From an uncultured Candidatus Saccharibacteria bacterium (GTDB lineage Bacteria > Patescibacteriota > Saccharimonadia > Saccharimonadales > UBA7683): 64,000 bases of DNA. Location of the stretch: contig CAZIPE010000002.1 of NCBI GenBank assembly GCA_964541305.1, forward strand, positions 7,972 through 71,971. The letters run 5' to 3'. The first letter of the stretch is position 1, and each line of letters starts with the position of its first letter. Below, in pieces: positions 19,016 through 30,641 of this stretch. The translations under genes were made by a program, and so were the position numbers. The notes under the pieces were generated by a model. That model worked only from the letters and a program-made list of their open reading frames with translations, did no database searches and was not told the origin of the DNA.

Positions 19016-19681
19016 ATGATTAGCCTCTCACCTGAAAAAATTGTACGCGCGGGAATCTTTTTAGTTGCTGGTATTATTTTTGCAGAAAGCGGGCTACTAA
19101 TTGGCTTCTTTCTACCTGGTGATAGCCTCCTGTTTACTGCTGGATTCTTGGCAAGTCAAGATATCGTAAATGTTCATGTGCTTGCCGCAGTGTGTTTTAT
19201 TGCAGCCGTCGCGGGTGATAGCGTGGGCTATCATTTTGGTCACAGCGTTGGCCCAAAGTTGCTCAAAAAACCTGACGGCAAGATATTTAAAAAGCAATAT
19301 ATTGCAGAGGCGGAAGCCTTTTACGAAAAACATGGTAAAAAGACTATTATTATTGCTCGCTTTGTGCCAATTGTTCGGACATTTGCGCCAATTGTGGCCG
19401 GCATCGGAAAAATGCACTACAGAACCTTCCTGGCCTACAATGTCATCGGTGGTGCACTATGGACCCTTGGACTCACCTATGCAGGTTACTTCTTAGGACG
19501 CTCTGTTCCATGGGCGAAGGACTATCTAGAGCTCGTCATACTTGGGGTGATATTCTTGAGTCTTGTACCGAGTATTGTTCATGTTCTCAGTAAGGCTGAG
19601 CATCGTCAAAAACTGAAAGATTTACCTAAGGTTTCTCTCCGAAGAATTCGACAGATTATTAAACGAGCTGAAAAAGACTAG
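19016..19681 (+). CDS. DedA family (VTT domain) membrane protein
   Basis: Carries the DedA motif [16 protein letters not shown].. and RF.P..R. The track starts at ATG 19010. I prefer ATG 19016, which lies 8 nt after TGcTACAAT (19002-19007). Confidence 0.8.
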   Translation: MISLSPEKIVRAGIFLVAGIIFAESGLLIGFFLPGDSLLFTAGFLASQDIVNVHVLAAVCFIAAVAGDSVGYHFGHSVGPKLLKKPDGKIFKKQYIAEAEAFYEKHGKKTIIIARFVPIVRTFAPIVAGIGKMHYRTFLAYNVIGGALWTLGLTYAGYFLGRSVPWAKDYLELVILGVIFLSLVPSIVHVLSKAEHRQKLKDLPKVSLRRIRQIIKRAEKD

Positions 19682-22488
19682 AGCACTTCTTTTAGATAGT
19701 TTCCGGTAAATGATTCTTTTACTTTTACTACTTCTTTTGGCGTACCTTCAGCAATAATTTGCCCGCCACCGTCACCACCTTCCGGACCCATATCAATAAT
19801 ATGATCGGCAGATTTTATAACATCAAGATTATGCTCGATGATCACCATTGAGTTGCCTGAATCGACTAACTTAGCCAGAACCGAAAGTAGCTTTTCTACA
19901 TCAGCAGCATGAAGACCGGTCGTCGGCTCATCAAGAATGTAGAGGGTCCGACCCGTTGGACGACGCGAAAGTTCGCTGGCAAGTTTAATGCGCTGAGCCT
20001 CACCACCCGACAGGGTCGTAGCTGGCTGTCCAAGATGGATGTAGCCCAATCCTACGTCATGCAATGTCTGCAATTTTCGTGCAATTGAAGGCTGATTCTC
20101 GAAAAAGTCTACTGCTTGATCAATCGTCATCGAAAGAACATCAGAAATATTCTTTCCTTTGTAGGTTATCTCGAGCGCTTCGCGGTTATATCGTTTACCC
20201 TTACAGATTTCGCAGGTGACATAGACATCGGGTAAAAAGTGCATTTCAATTTTTATAATGCCATCACCCTGGCAGTTTTCACAGCGCCCACCCTTAACAT
20301 TAAAACTAAACCGTCCCGGTTTGTAACCGCGAATATTAGCCTCGGGTGTACCAGAGAATAATTCACGAATTGGTGTGAATACTCCCGTGTAGGTAGCGGG
20401 GTTTGAGCGTGGAGTGCGACCAATTGGTGATTGATCTATAATTATGACCTTATCAAGATGTTCGATACCTTCGATGCTATCGTGCCTGCCTGGAACTTCG
20501 TGGGCACGGTGTAAGCGGGCTTGAAGCTCTTTTGCCAAAATGTCATTTATGAGTGATGATTTGCCTGAACCCGACACACCACTGACAACTACAAGCTTTC
20601 CAAGTGGGATAGTGACATCAATATTCTGTAAGTTATTTTCTGCCGCGCCTTTTACGACGATTTTTTTACCACTGCCTTTTCGATAGCTCTTTGGGGGTGC
20701 AATAACACGAGTACCACTCAAAAACTGGCCCGTAATGCTGTCTTTATTCTTTGCCACTGCACTGGGTGTGCCCGAGGCAATAACCTTACCGCCGTGCACA
20801 CCCGCACCTGGACCAATATCAATTAACCAATCTGCTGAACGGATTGTATCTTCGTCGTGCTCAACAACAATAACAGTATTATCGAGGTCACGAAGATGCT
20901 TAAGGGTTGCAATCAGGCGGTCGTTGTCTCGTTGATGAAGCCCGATAGATGGTTCATCGAGCACATATAACACCCCTGTTAAACCCGAGCCAATTTGAGT
21001 CGCCAGGCGAATGCGCTGTGCCTCACCGCCTGATAGTGTAGCCGCACTTCGGCTAAGGTTTAAATAATTCAGACCAACATTATTTAAAAACTTCAGTCGA
21101 GAATGAATCTCTTTGGCAACCTGGCTGACAATGTGTAGCTCAGCTTCAGAAAACGCTATCTTATCAAACCATTCAAGTGCTTTGACTACTGAAAAATCAG
21201 TTATATCTCTAATTGAAGCACCGTGGACTGTTACTGCAAGCACTTCTGGCTTTAACCGAGCCCCACTGCAGGTGTGGCAGGGGCGCTCACGCATAAATCG
21301 TTCAATGTCACGACGCATGAAGTCACTTTCAGTCTCCTTCCAACGACGTTCAAGATTTGGAATAACCCCCTCATAAGTGGTTTCAAAACTACGCCCCTGA
21401 CTTAAAGTGACGTTATATTTTTGGTCACCTGTTCCGTAGAGCACTTTTTCGATATCCACATCCTTCAACTCAGCTGTTGGTACATGCAAATTGAAGCCAT
21501 ACTTTTCGGCAACCGCCTGCATCTTCTTCATATACCACGCGTCTGCATTTACTCTGTTGAATGGTCGAATAGCACCTTCGGCAATGGTAAGATTACCATT
21601 TGGTATAACGAGTTCAGGATCCACCTCTAATCGCGAACCCAGACCTGTGCACGTTGGGCAGGCACCTTGAGGGGCGTTAAAACTAAACAATCGTGGCTCA
21701 AGTTCAGGAAGGGCAAGTTCGGGGTGATCAGGACAAGCGTAACGCTGAGACAGCAAGCTATCTTCATTGGTATCGGCGTTATGAATAATTAGTGATTCTT
21801 TGCCGAGTTCCAGCGCCTGCTCTATAGATTGAGTCAACCGACCCTGATGCGCGTCATCATTAGTAATACGATCAACTACAATTTCAATGGTATGCTTATA
21901 TTTTTTGTCTAGTTCAGGCCATTCATCAAGTGAATAAATAACACCATCTACACGAGCGCGCGCAAATCCACTGCGCTGATACTCGGCTGGAATATGTTCA
22001 AACTGCCCTTTTTTAGCGTTCACTATTGGAGCAAGTACTAATAGGCGGGCACCCTTCGGGAGTGAAAGCACCTCATCAACAATTGCCTGAGGAGTTAAGC
22101 GCTTAATTTCGTTTCCATCAATCGGGCAATGCGGTACACCGATACGGGCATAGAGCAATCGAAGGTAGTCGTATATTTCAGTGACCGTTGCAACAGTTGA
22201 GCGTGGGTTTCTTGAGGTAGACTTCTGATCAATTGATATCGCAGGTGAAAGCCCGTCTATCTGATCAACATCTGGCTTTTCCATAAGACCAAGGAACTGA
22301 CGAGCATATGAAGATAGTGATTCGACGTACCGGCGCTGGCCTTCTGCATAAATAGTATCAAATGCCAAAGAAGACTTTCCCGAACCCGAAAGCCCGGTAA
22401 TTACCACTAGTTTACCTCGCGGAATATCGAGATCTATGTTTTTTAAATTATGCTCGCGCGCTCCACGAACCGAAATAACCTCAGCCAT
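19678..22488 (-). CDS. uvrA: excinuclease ABC subunit A
   Basis: 936 aa with two ABC ATPase modules ([28 protein letters not shown], two LSGGEAQR signatures) and zinc-finger Cys clusters. Confidence 0.95.
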   Translation of the reverse strand: MAEVISVRGAREHNLKNIDLDIPRGKLVVITGLSGSGKSSLAFDTIYAEGQRRYVESLSSYARQFLGLMEKPDVDQIDGLSPAISIDQKSTSRNPRSTVATVTEIYDYLRLLYARIGVPHCPIDGNEIKRLTPQAIVDEVLSLPKGARLLVLAPIVNAKKGQFEHIPAEYQRSGFARARVDGVIYSLDEWPELDKKYKHTIEIVVDRITNDDAHQGRLTQSIEQALELGKESLIIHNADTNEDSLLSQRYACPDHPELALPELEPRLFSFNAPQGACPTCTGLGSRLEVDPELVIPNGNLTIAEGAIRPFNRVNADAWYMKKMQAVAEKYGFNLHVPTAELKDVDIEKVLYGTGDQKYNVTLSQGRSFETTYEGVIPNLERRWKETESDFMRRDIERFMRERPCHTCSGARLKPEVLAVTVHGASIRDITDFSVVKALEWFDKIAFSEAELHIVSQVAKEIHSRLKFLNNVGLNYLNLSRSAATLSGGEAQRIRLATQIGSGLTGVLYVLDEPSIGLHQRDNDRLIATLKHLRDLDNTVIVVEHDEDTIRSADWLIDIGPGAGVHGGKVIASGTPSAVAKNKDSITGQFLSGTRVIAPPKSYRKGSGKKIVVKGAAENNLQNIDVTIPLGKLVVVSGVSGSGKSSLINDILAKELQARLHRAHEVPGRHDSIEGIEHLDKVIIIDQSPIGRTPRSNPATYTGVFTPIRELFSGTPEANIRGYKPGRFSFNVKGGRCENCQGDGIIKIEMHFLPDVYVTCEICKGKRYNREALEITYKGKNISDVLSMTIDQAVDFFENQPSIARKLQTLHDVGLGYIHLGQPATTLSGGEAQRIKLASELSRRPTGRTLYILDEPTTGLHAADVEKLLSVLAKLVDSGNSMVIIEHNLDVIKSADHIIDMGPEGGDGGGQIIAEGTPKEVVKVKESFTGNYLKEVL

Positions 22489-22504
22489 AAGATACCATTA
22501 TACC

Positions 22505-23164
22505 TCAAAGTACATCTGTTTGTGCAGTCTTTGGATAAAAATCAAGACTGCCTAGACTTATTGTGGCGCCCTTTTCGAGCACCTCACTAGTCGCATCAAT
22601 CACTCTGCTTTTTTCAAGTCTTGTCATTGGGTGGTCGCTTTCACCTAGCGTTATATGCGGGCTAAAGCCATCACTTCTCAGGGCACCCTTCAAGCCAATG
22701 CTTGCCATAGCTTTCATAGTATTTCTCACCTCCTGCCTCAAATCCTCACTGTCCACGGCCATGACCAAAGCCCTGCCGTGTTTAATAACTCTAGGTTCAA
22801 CAAATTGCACTTCAAGTCCTTCAGCTAGTGTTTGTTGAATCTGACTCTTTACTTGTGCCTGGGCCTTTCCGTATTCGTAGCCCACAATTAATCCTCTCGC
22901 CAATTGACTGTCGAGTTGTCGTTTTCTCATGATCGTAAGCTGTAGCTTTGTTCTTGGGTGAACGAGTTCTGCTAAATTATCATCGTCAATAAGCAAGTCA
23001 TAGAACCTATCTCGTATACCAATATCATCTTGATAACTCACCCACCTTCTGATGCCAAACGGCTCCGGCTTACCTGCTTGAACTGCCCTTCTGAGCTCTT
23101 GATTTGCGGCAAGACGATTGTGTTGTGGTCTCCTCGTACCTTGTCTATTTTTGCGTGAACTCAT
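22505..23164 (-). CDS. hypothetical protein; possibly a degenerate 2H-phosphoesterase-like fold
   Basis: 219 aa with a basic N-terminus and a single H-x-T-x motif (SPHITLGE) near the C-terminus. The expected first motif position reads LQLTIM and lacks the His. AAGAGGA SD. Lies 16 nt upstream of uvrA. Confidence 0.45.
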   Translation of the reverse strand: MSSRKNRQGTRRPQHNRLAANQELRRAVQAGKPEPFGIRRWVSYQDDIGIRDRFYDLLIDDDNLAELVHPRTKLQLTIMRKRQLDSQLARGLIVGYEYGKAQAQVKSQIQQTLAEGLEVQFVEPRVIKHGRALVMAVDSEDLRQEVRNTMKAMASIGLKGALRSDGFSPHITLGESDHPMTRLEKSRVIDATSEVLEKGATISLGSLDFYPKTAQTDVL

Positions 23165-23230
23165 AATGTATTAATCCTCTTACTGCCCATGGTACAACAA
23201 ATAGCTGAGTTGTCTAGTATAATAAGTTGT

Positions 23231-23662
23231 ATGAAGGATAGAGCATATAGGTGGTGGAAGAATAAACCTTGGAGCCTGCGCAAGCCACTGGTTTTTGCGG
23301 TGGGTATTTTACTGATTATTATCGCTCCATTCATCGGGTTCATTCCGGGACCTGGTGGGATTCTTGTGTTTCTGCTCGGTATAGCTGTGTTGGCAAGTGA
23401 GTTTGACTGGGCACTTTCGCTCAAAGCGTTCTTTTTGAAAACTGTGCCGGCGGAAGTAAAAAAACGATGGAGACCAACTCAAAACTGGGAATATACTTTT
23501 GATATCACCACTGGCTGTCTACTCACTTCCTCTGTTATTTTTGGCTACTATGACTACTGGCTTCTTGCTGTATACTGTGGAATTCTCGGCACGTTACTTT
23601 TCATTTTCAACCGTAGCCGACTCGACCGTCTTAAATTGTATTTTGCAAAGCGAAAGAACTAG
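23231..23662 (+). CDS. PGPGW-motif small membrane protein
   Basis: Motif IPGPGGILVFLLGIAVLASEFDWA. Start trimmed to ATG 23231, which is 7 nt after TATAAT (23218-23223). Confidence 0.6.
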   Translation: MKDRAYRWWKNKPWSLRKPLVFAVGILLIIIAPFIGFIPGPGGILVFLLGIAVLASEFDWALSLKAFFLKTVPAEVKKRWRPTQNWEYTFDITTGCLLTSSVIFGYYDYWLLAVYCGILGTLLFIFNRSRLDRLKLYFAKRKN

Positions 23663-23678
23663 CGTAAAGTTATCTGGT

Positions 23679-24509
23679 ATGAAAATTGCTATTCAAGGTC
23701 AAGCGGGCTCATTTCATGCCATTGCGGCAAAAAGTCTTTTTGGCACAGAAGTTGAGCTAATATACTGCGACACATTTAAATCTGTGTTCGCATCACTTGA
23801 TGCTGGCAAGGCAACGCATGCAATTGTGGCTATTGAAAACTCGCTTTATGGCTCAATCAACGAGGTGTACGATCTACTTCTTGCACACCAGTTTTCAATC
23901 ACCGGTGAAGTATATGAACAAATTGGACTTCACCTCTTTGGGCTAAAAGGATCGACAGCTTCAGACATAACTGATATCTACTCACAAGCCCCTGCCCTTG
24001 CCGAAGCAGAAGACTATCTAGAAACCCACTTAAAGCAAGCAACCCGTCATGAATATTTTGATACTGCCGCTGCCGCCCAGTATGTGGCAGATGAAAAAAA
24101 TATACATAACGCTGCAGTAGCGAGTAATGAAGCGGGGGAACTCAGTTCGCTTCACCTACTAGCCAGCAACATCGAAACACACCATCATAATTACACACGC
24201 TTTATTGCCCTTTCAAAAAATGATGCCGTAGACGCGCAGGGCAACAAAACATCTATTACCTTTCGCACACAAGACAAGGCTGGATCACTTTACGACGCAC
24301 TCGGAGTATTTGCAAAGCGAAAAATCAACCTTACAAAACTGGAGAGTCGTCCGATTATCGGTAATGCATGGCGCTACATGTACTACGTTGATTTTTCTGC
24401 CGGCATCAATGAAGCACATGTTCAAAAAGCACTCGAGGAACTCGAATCTCATGCTACACACATACGAATTCTTGGCTCGTACCCCGCTGGCAATACACTA
24501 ATCGCCTAG
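23679..24509 (+). CDS. pheA: prephenate dehydratase with a C-terminal ACT domain
   Basis: Start trimmed to ATG 23679 (MKIAIQGQAGSFH..). Shows the PDT motifs IENSLYGSI and NYTRFIAL, and an ACT region with the ESRP motif (LTKLESRPI). Confidence 0.85.
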   Translation: MKIAIQGQAGSFHAIAAKSLFGTEVELIYCDTFKSVFASLDAGKATHAIVAIENSLYGSINEVYDLLLAHQFSITGEVYEQIGLHLFGLKGSTASDITDIYSQAPALAEAEDYLETHLKQATRHEYFDTAAAAQYVADEKNIHNAAVASNEAGELSSLHLLASNIETHHHNYTRFIALSKNDAVDAQGNKTSITFRTQDKAGSLYDALGVFAKRKINLTKLESRPIIGNAWRYMYYVDFSAGINEAHVQKALEELESHATHIRILGSYPAGNTLIA

Positions 24510-24622
24510 TATTTTTGCATTGTCGAAAATAACACAACATATTTGTGTAATTTGCTATTGTCACGCCTTTTGATATAGCGGTATGATAAAGACAGATTAA
24601 CAAATGAGTGGAGTGCGAGACC

Positions 24623-24970
24623 GTGAAAAAGAAAATGTTATTTTGGGCAGTAGTTTGTGGGATCATCGTTACTCTGCTTGTTGTCGAAAATCCACTACAA
24701 ATGTTTTTCAATTTCGTTATTGCTGGCATAGTGCCAGGGATCAATATTTCGCTTGGTTTCGTGCCTTCAATTGGCGTCATACTTGCCCTGCTATGGCTGA
24801 TGAAACGGTGGCTGCGAGATATTCGCTATCAGATGATGCGCCGTACTGCACTTGAAATGAATGCTGAAAAAGTAAAGAACGAGCTACAGAACGCTCAGCA
24901 GAAAGAAAGTAAAGAACGGCGACAATCAGTCATTGCCGCGCGAGCACTCAAACGGGCCAACAATTTGTAA
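24623..24970 (+). CDS. small membrane protein with a charged coiled-coil tail (hypothetical)
   Basis: Two TM helices are followed by a Lys/Glu/Gln-rich tail. The start is uncertain: GTG 24608, GTG 24623 (GGAG 9 nt upstream) or ATG 24635. Confidence 0.45.
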   Translation: MKKKMLFWAVVCGIIVTLLVVENPLQMFFNFVIAGIVPGINISLGFVPSIGVILALLWLMKRWLRDIRYQMMRRTALEMNAEKVKNELQNAQQKESKERRQSVIAARALKRANNL

Positions 24971-24975
24971 CTACC

Positions 24976-26406
24976 CTAATCTTCGATTGGCATAATACTC
25001 TCGCCGTAGAGCTGAAGCTCTTGCAATAAGAATTGGGCATTGTCATCAGCTTGCTTCGATGCTGAAAGTTCGCCGAGACGCTCAGCAAACTGTTGTAAAC
25101 TCAGTTGTCCACTTATGCCGTTCACAATTCTCTGCGTGCGATATTTTTCCCAGAGCTCGCGCTCACCAGAATTTATAGATTTTGGAAAGTTACGAACTTT
25201 GTAGCGAACCAGTAGCTTTTCTAATCGTTCATCATGAAATTCTGGTGTGTAATCAGCAAGCTGATTTTGTTCCAACGCCCGCACCACCCGCATTTCGTTA
25301 CGATCTTTATCTCCAATGAAGCCATTGTACAGTTGGAAGTCTGGATCATCATACCTCTCGTACCCTTCGCGCTTGGCGCTGTCGCGTTTTTCAAACAAGC
25401 TATGTATTCGCTGTGCAAAACCCTTAAGTTGGGTGAGGTTTTTGTAATTAGCTTCAATTGTCGCCATTTGAAGATGTAAACGTTTCTGGCTATCTTCATC
25501 GAGTACGCCTAGTGGAGCAATAGCGGGGCAGGCATTTGGTTTGAGTGATTTAATTGGCAAAAGCTCGGTTTCTTCATTGCGCGTAAACAACATTTCGCTC
25601 AGTTCTTCATCTGGAAGCGAGGCAAGGTTGGTGGGGTCAATTCTCAAATCGTATACGAGCACTGCACCATGGGCACCAGGTGCAATAGGCAGTACTGCAG
25701 TTGTCTTTTGCCAGTTGTTTGAATACCGACCCGATGTGTACAGCAAAGGCTTTGGATCATCCAACTGCACCATGTGCGCAACGGCTTTTTTGCTACGCAC
25801 GCTTAATAGATACTCGAATATTTTAGGTTGCTTTTCTTTAAGTAATTTCGCCACTTCAATAGTGGCGTACACATCACTCAAGGCGTCGTGAGCATTGTGG
25901 TGGTCAAGCTTATTGAGCTTTGTGAGTAGTTCTAATCTGTTGGTTGGTTGTTTTTTTTCATCAAAGGGCCACTCAATCCCGTCTGGTCGAAGGGCACGGA
26001 TCATACGCACCACATCAAGCAAATCCCAGCGCGATCTCCCGTTCGCCCACTGCCACTCATACGGATCGAAAAAATTACGCCACAGGCTCATGCGCATGAA
26101 TTCATCATCGAACCGAATACTATTGAATCCAAGTATCGTAGTGTCGGGCTGTAGCACGTCATCATGAAAAAGCTTGAGAAACTCAGCCTCAGTGTAGCCT
26201 TCTTCCAGTGTTTTTTGAGGTGTGATGCCGGTGATAAGGATTGCATCAGGATCAGGCAGGACCTCGTCCGTTAGCTTAACAAGCCAGTTTTGAGGTTCAC
26301 CAATCGGCTTAAAGTTTTCATCTGTCCGTTGCCCAGCGAACTGCATAATCCGCTGAGCTCGTGCATTAATGCCAGACGTTTCTAAATCGTAAAAGTAAAA
26401 AGTCAC
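24976..26406 (-). CDS. sbcB: exodeoxyribonuclease I
   Basis: 476 aa with DEDDh ExoI motifs (FYFYDLETSG, GFNSIRFDDEF, HNAHDALSDV) and a SH3-like/helical C-terminal region. GTG start. Confidence 0.85.
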   Translation of the reverse strand: MTFYFYDLETSGINARAQRIMQFAGQRTDENFKPIGEPQNWLVKLTDEVLPDPDAILITGITPQKTLEEGYTEAEFLKLFHDDVLQPDTTILGFNSIRFDDEFMRMSLWRNFFDPYEWQWANGRSRWDLLDVVRMIRALRPDGIEWPFDEKKQPTNRLELLTKLNKLDHHNAHDALSDVYATIEVAKLLKEKQPKIFEYLLSVRSKKAVAHMVQLDDPKPLLYTSGRYSNNWQKTTAVLPIAPGAHGAVLVYDLRIDPTNLASLPDEELSEMLFTRNEETELLPIKSLKPNACPAIAPLGVLDEDSQKRLHLQMATIEANYKNLTQLKGFAQRIHSLFEKRDSAKREGYERYDDPDFQLYNGFIGDKDRNEMRVVRALEQNQLADYTPEFHDERLEKLLVRYKVRNFPKSINSGERELWEKYRTQRIVNGISGQLSLQQFAERLGELSASKQADDNAQFLLQELQLYGESIMPIED

Positions 26407-26437
26407 TTAATCAGTATCGAGTATCTTGCGTGAAGTA

Positions 26438-26845
26438 TCAAGCAACAACAGAAAGCGCTAACTCATCAGACAGCAGTAGCTGGTCTGCTATGCCTTTTAG
26501 CAAATTTCTTCTGTGGCCAAAATATATTATTCGAGCTTCATCATCACTATACCAATTCTGTTCACACATCTCCTCTAGATGTGCTTCGTGTTCACTTTCA
26601 AGTCCAAGAAGATAGTCCCTTACTCTTGCTTCCGTTATATCTTCGACTGACTCAGTTTCGGTTCGTCCTACCCGAAGTTCAGTGTGCATGTTTTTAAGTG
26701 TGTCACATAAAGCCCGAAAAACGTCTGGAGCCATGCCGTTTTCAAATGCTTGGTTGATGGTCTCAGTCGCGACTACAATATCGGCTTGAAAATTTTCTCC
26801 GAGAATGTTTTCAGCTTGTGACACTTCAAGTAAAGACGTTACCAC
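26438..26845 (-). CDS. hypothetical acidic protein (135 aa)
   Basis: ORF only. GTG start. No family recognised. Confidence 0.4.
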   Translation of the reverse strand: MVTSLLEVSQAENILGENFQADIVVATETINQAFENGMAPDVFRALCDTLKNMHTELRVGRTETESVEDITEARVRDYLLGLESEHEAHLEEMCEQNWYSDDEARIIYFGHRRNLLKGIADQLLLSDELALSVVA

Positions 26846-26926
26846 TGTTTTTTTCTTTCTTTAACTATTGGAACCTATATTTTGACTGTACTCCGCTATT
26901 TTAAGGTGTCAATAAATTGTTGTAAT

Positions 26927-27520
26927 TTAAACTTTTTTGAGAGACTCTGGCACGGGCTCATCGAACTTCATGGATAATTCCAGGGCCTCGAAGGCGCTCG
27001 GATCTATTCCATAATGCTCAGCGTACACCGGCGTCACCCCGCCAAAACAGGCATCTTCCCATTTGAGATTTAGTTGTAGGGCAAGTTCTTTTACTTCACT
27101 TTCTGATCTACCTTCAATTTCAATAAATGGCGGAACCCACGGCCACTCATCAAGCATTATCTCTACATCATTAAGTTCCCATAATTCACGCTTGGATTCC
27201 TGTTCACCTTTAACTTCTAGCCCGATAGATACCAAAAACTTTTTGGCAGAACCGTAATTATCAACCTTAACCGCTTGTTCGTATGTTTCACCCAATACGT
27301 CATCTTGTACTTGCTTTAACATAAGCTCTATTGAGCCATCAAGCTCTTCGCGCAACCGAACCCAAGCACGTCGGTCTTGCAAGCGACGATCCGGAAAATC
27401 GTAGACTGTACGATGTATGAGCATACTCTTGTGCTTACACTCTGCTCCAAGTTGTTTTAGCTTGTTGCGAACTACCTCGTGATCTACATTCAAGAATTTT
27501 GCTTCAATTTCTTTTTCCAC
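26927..27520 (-). CDS. CYTH-domain protein (triphosphate tunnel metalloenzyme / class IV adenylate cyclase family)
   Basis: N-terminal ExExK signature (EIEAKF), size of about 190 aa, and alternating charged beta-strand pattern. GTG start with AAGGAG 8 nt upstream. Confidence 0.75.
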   Translation of the reverse strand: MEKEIEAKFLNVDHEVVRNKLKQLGAECKHKSMLIHRTVYDFPDRRLQDRRAWVRLREELDGSIELMLKQVQDDVLGETYEQAVKVDNYGSAKKFLVSIGLEVKGEQESKRELWELNDVEIMLDEWPWVPPFIEIEGRSESEVKELALQLNLKWEDACFGGVTPVYAEHYGIDPSAFEALELSMKFDEPVPESLKKV

Positions 27521-27547
27521 TACGATTGCTCCTTTTCGTGCGCTTCC

Positions 27548-28882
<1,335 letters not shown>

Positions 28883-28898
28883 TCAGCCTCACTACAAC

Positions 28899-29177
28899 TT
28901 ACGGAAAAACATCTGGGAAGTTGACGTTGAACCAGGCAATCAACGTCTTCTTTACTGAAATACCTGTAGATTTTATAAGCAGCAGACTTACTGCGCTTAT
29001 GAGCGAGGGTATGATAAGAATCGGTATATCATCAGTTCGAATTCCACCAAGACCCACCAAAATGAACCCGACTACAAGCAAGAAGGTTGTTGAAAAATAG
29101 AAGATTGTTGGAACTACAAACAGAATTAAACTATTACGAGTTGTTTTTTGTTTTGATTTCTTTTTGGTTTTGCCCAT
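28899..29177 (-). CDS. small membrane protein (hypothetical, 92 aa)
   Basis: Lys-rich N-terminus followed by three hydrophobic helices. GAGGA SD 7 nt upstream. Confidence 0.4.
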   Translation of the reverse strand: MGKTKKKSKQKTTRNSLILFVVPTIFYFSTTFLLVVGFILVGLGGIRTDDIPILIIPSLISAVSLLLIKSTGISVKKTLIAWFNVNFPDVFP

Positions 29178-29201
29178 GCGCCCATCCTCAATTGGTTTAT
29201 T

Positions 29202-30404
29202 TTAGTGTATGAAGTTATACGATCGAGCTTCGCTTGCCGAAAGAGTTCGGCTTGAAACCACGTTCCAGCCTGCATAGTTCATTTCACTGACCACTACACT
29301 ACCATCTGAGTTTACTCGTTCAACGTAGCCTACGTGTCCGTAACCACCCCAACCACCACTTGTTTGGAACACGTCACCTGCACGCGGGTTGTTGTCTACA
29401 CCGAATCCTGAAATACGGGCGAGTGCTGCCCAGGTAGTTGCGTTACCCCAGTTACTACCAACAGGACGGCCAGATGCTGCACGCTTATTGAACGCATAGT
29501 AGGTACAATAACCGTAGGCATATTTATTGCCACTAAATTGGACGCCCCCATCGCCGAATGCAAAGCTTGAACTGGCGCTTGAGCTCGAGGTGTAGGACGT
29601 AGATGAACTCGACGGTGCAGCAACACTTGGCTTAATACCGCCAGGGATAATTATTTGACGACCAGGCTTAAGACTTTTTAGCTCAACGTCATTAAAGGCA
29701 GTAATCTGTTCGGCAGTTGTTTTGAATTCGCTTGCAAGACTTTTGACCGTATCACCTGATTGCACTGTGTAAAGAACACCTGAAACAGGTAGTATGGTGA
29801 GCTTGCTTCCAGGAGTAAGATCGTCGGTAGCGAGATTATTTGCCCAACGAATTGTATCTGCACTAATGCCGTATTGCCGGGCAAGTGAGGCAAGTGTGTC
29901 ACCCTTCTCAACTGTAATTTTCTTAATACTTGCAATGGATGTGTCGTTCGACACCACTAATTGCGGTTTTTCAACCACTGCGGTAGTCGCTTCTTCCGTT
30001 TTGGCGGCAATCTTAACCTGTGCATCAAGAGTATCAGCACGGTTGGTTGCATTTGAAGTAATTAACAGATTAGCCTCTTGAGCGGCATTCGCAGCAACCT
30101 CTGCGGCAACCACCTCATCAACAGGTTGAGCTTCGGGGGCTTGAAGGGGGTTTTCTAAACGGGCTTGCGGTGCCACATATTGAGTACTTCCAGATACGCG
30201 ACCCACTAATTGTGAGGCACCTATGCCGATAAGTAGCACTGCAAGAATCGAAAATTTAATATTTCGGCTCGCATGAGAGCGATACCGTTCAGTCGATTGC
30301 TTGACTTGAGAAACTAATTTTTTACTTGCGTCTGATGAGACGCGTACTACTGAGGTAACACGATTGTTACTAATAGTAGCTCCTTGTCCATGATGGACTC
30401 GCAT
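29202..30404 (-). CDS. membrane-anchored LysM (x2) + CHAP-domain peptidoglycan hydrolase
   Basis: TM helix ([18 protein letters not shown]). Two LysM repeats ([29 protein letters not shown]; [27 protein letters not shown]). CHAP domain with a catalytic Cys context (GYCTYYAF..) and His (GHVGYVERV). The start is uncertain between TTG 30500 (track) and ATG 30404. Confidence 0.8.
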   Translation of the reverse strand: MRVHHGQGATISNNRVTSVVRVSSDASKKLVSQVKQSTERYRSHASRNIKFSILAVLLIGIGASQLVGRVSGSTQYVAPQARLENPLQAPEAQPVDEVVAAEVAANAAQEANLLITSNATNRADTLDAQVKIAAKTEEATTAVVEKPQLVVSNDTSIASIKKITVEKGDTLASLARQYGISADTIRWANNLATDDLTPGSKLTILPVSGVLYTVQSGDTVKSLASEFKTTAEQITAFNDVELKSLKPGRQIIIPGGIKPSVAAPSSSSTSYTSSSSASSSFAFGDGGVQFSGNKYAYGYCTYYAFNKRAASGRPVGSNWGNATTWAALARISGFGVDNNPRAGDVFQTSGGWGGYGHVGYVERVNSDGSVVVSEMNYAGWNVVSSRTLSASEARSYNFIH

Positions 30405-30576
30405 CAGTGTACTATGTCTTGCTCTACCCTGGGGCAGAAAGAGATACGTCGACCTTATTATTAAATAATATCTCGCTTTGGTGTGTATCTCGTACGACAA
30501 TTCTTCTGATGGTCAACCTCGCTCCGCTCACCCTTCATCAATGCTTGACAAAGAAACATTGAGATTGACGTATATA

Positions 30577-30605
30577 ATTTTATCAACAATGGAAGGTGGT
30601 GTCAA
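30577..30605 (-). promoter_or_regulatory. promoter TTGACA-17-TAAAAT for the LysM-CHAP gene
   Basis: The minus strand reads TTGACA ccaccttccattgttga TAAAAT. This leaves a leader of about 70 nt (to TTG 30500) or about 166 nt (to ATG 30404). Confidence 0.6.
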
Positions 30606-30641
30606 TGGAAGAATCGGCTAAACTTTCCACATCTGTTATTA

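Noticed and set aside
19678-22488. Numerous 60-120-aa ORFs antisense to or nested within uvrA, alaS, sbcB, pgk, pyk and other genes
   Set aside because: They are shadow ORFs inside well-supported long genes, with low-complexity or Cys/Ser/Leu-rich composition typical of antisense frames and no independent signals.
22505-23164. Confident call of the 219-aa protein as a LigT-type 2H phosphoesterase
   Set aside because: Only one H-x-T-x motif (HITL) is present, and the expected first motif lacks the His. It is kept as hypothetical with a low-confidence note.
30405-30576. c-di-AMP (ydaO) riboswitch upstream of the LysM-CHAP hydrolase
   Set aside because: I could not find the conserved ydaO blocks (ACGGGGA.CC, GGGGUGAAUC, CCCGA.CCCG.CAGCUAAC) on either strand.
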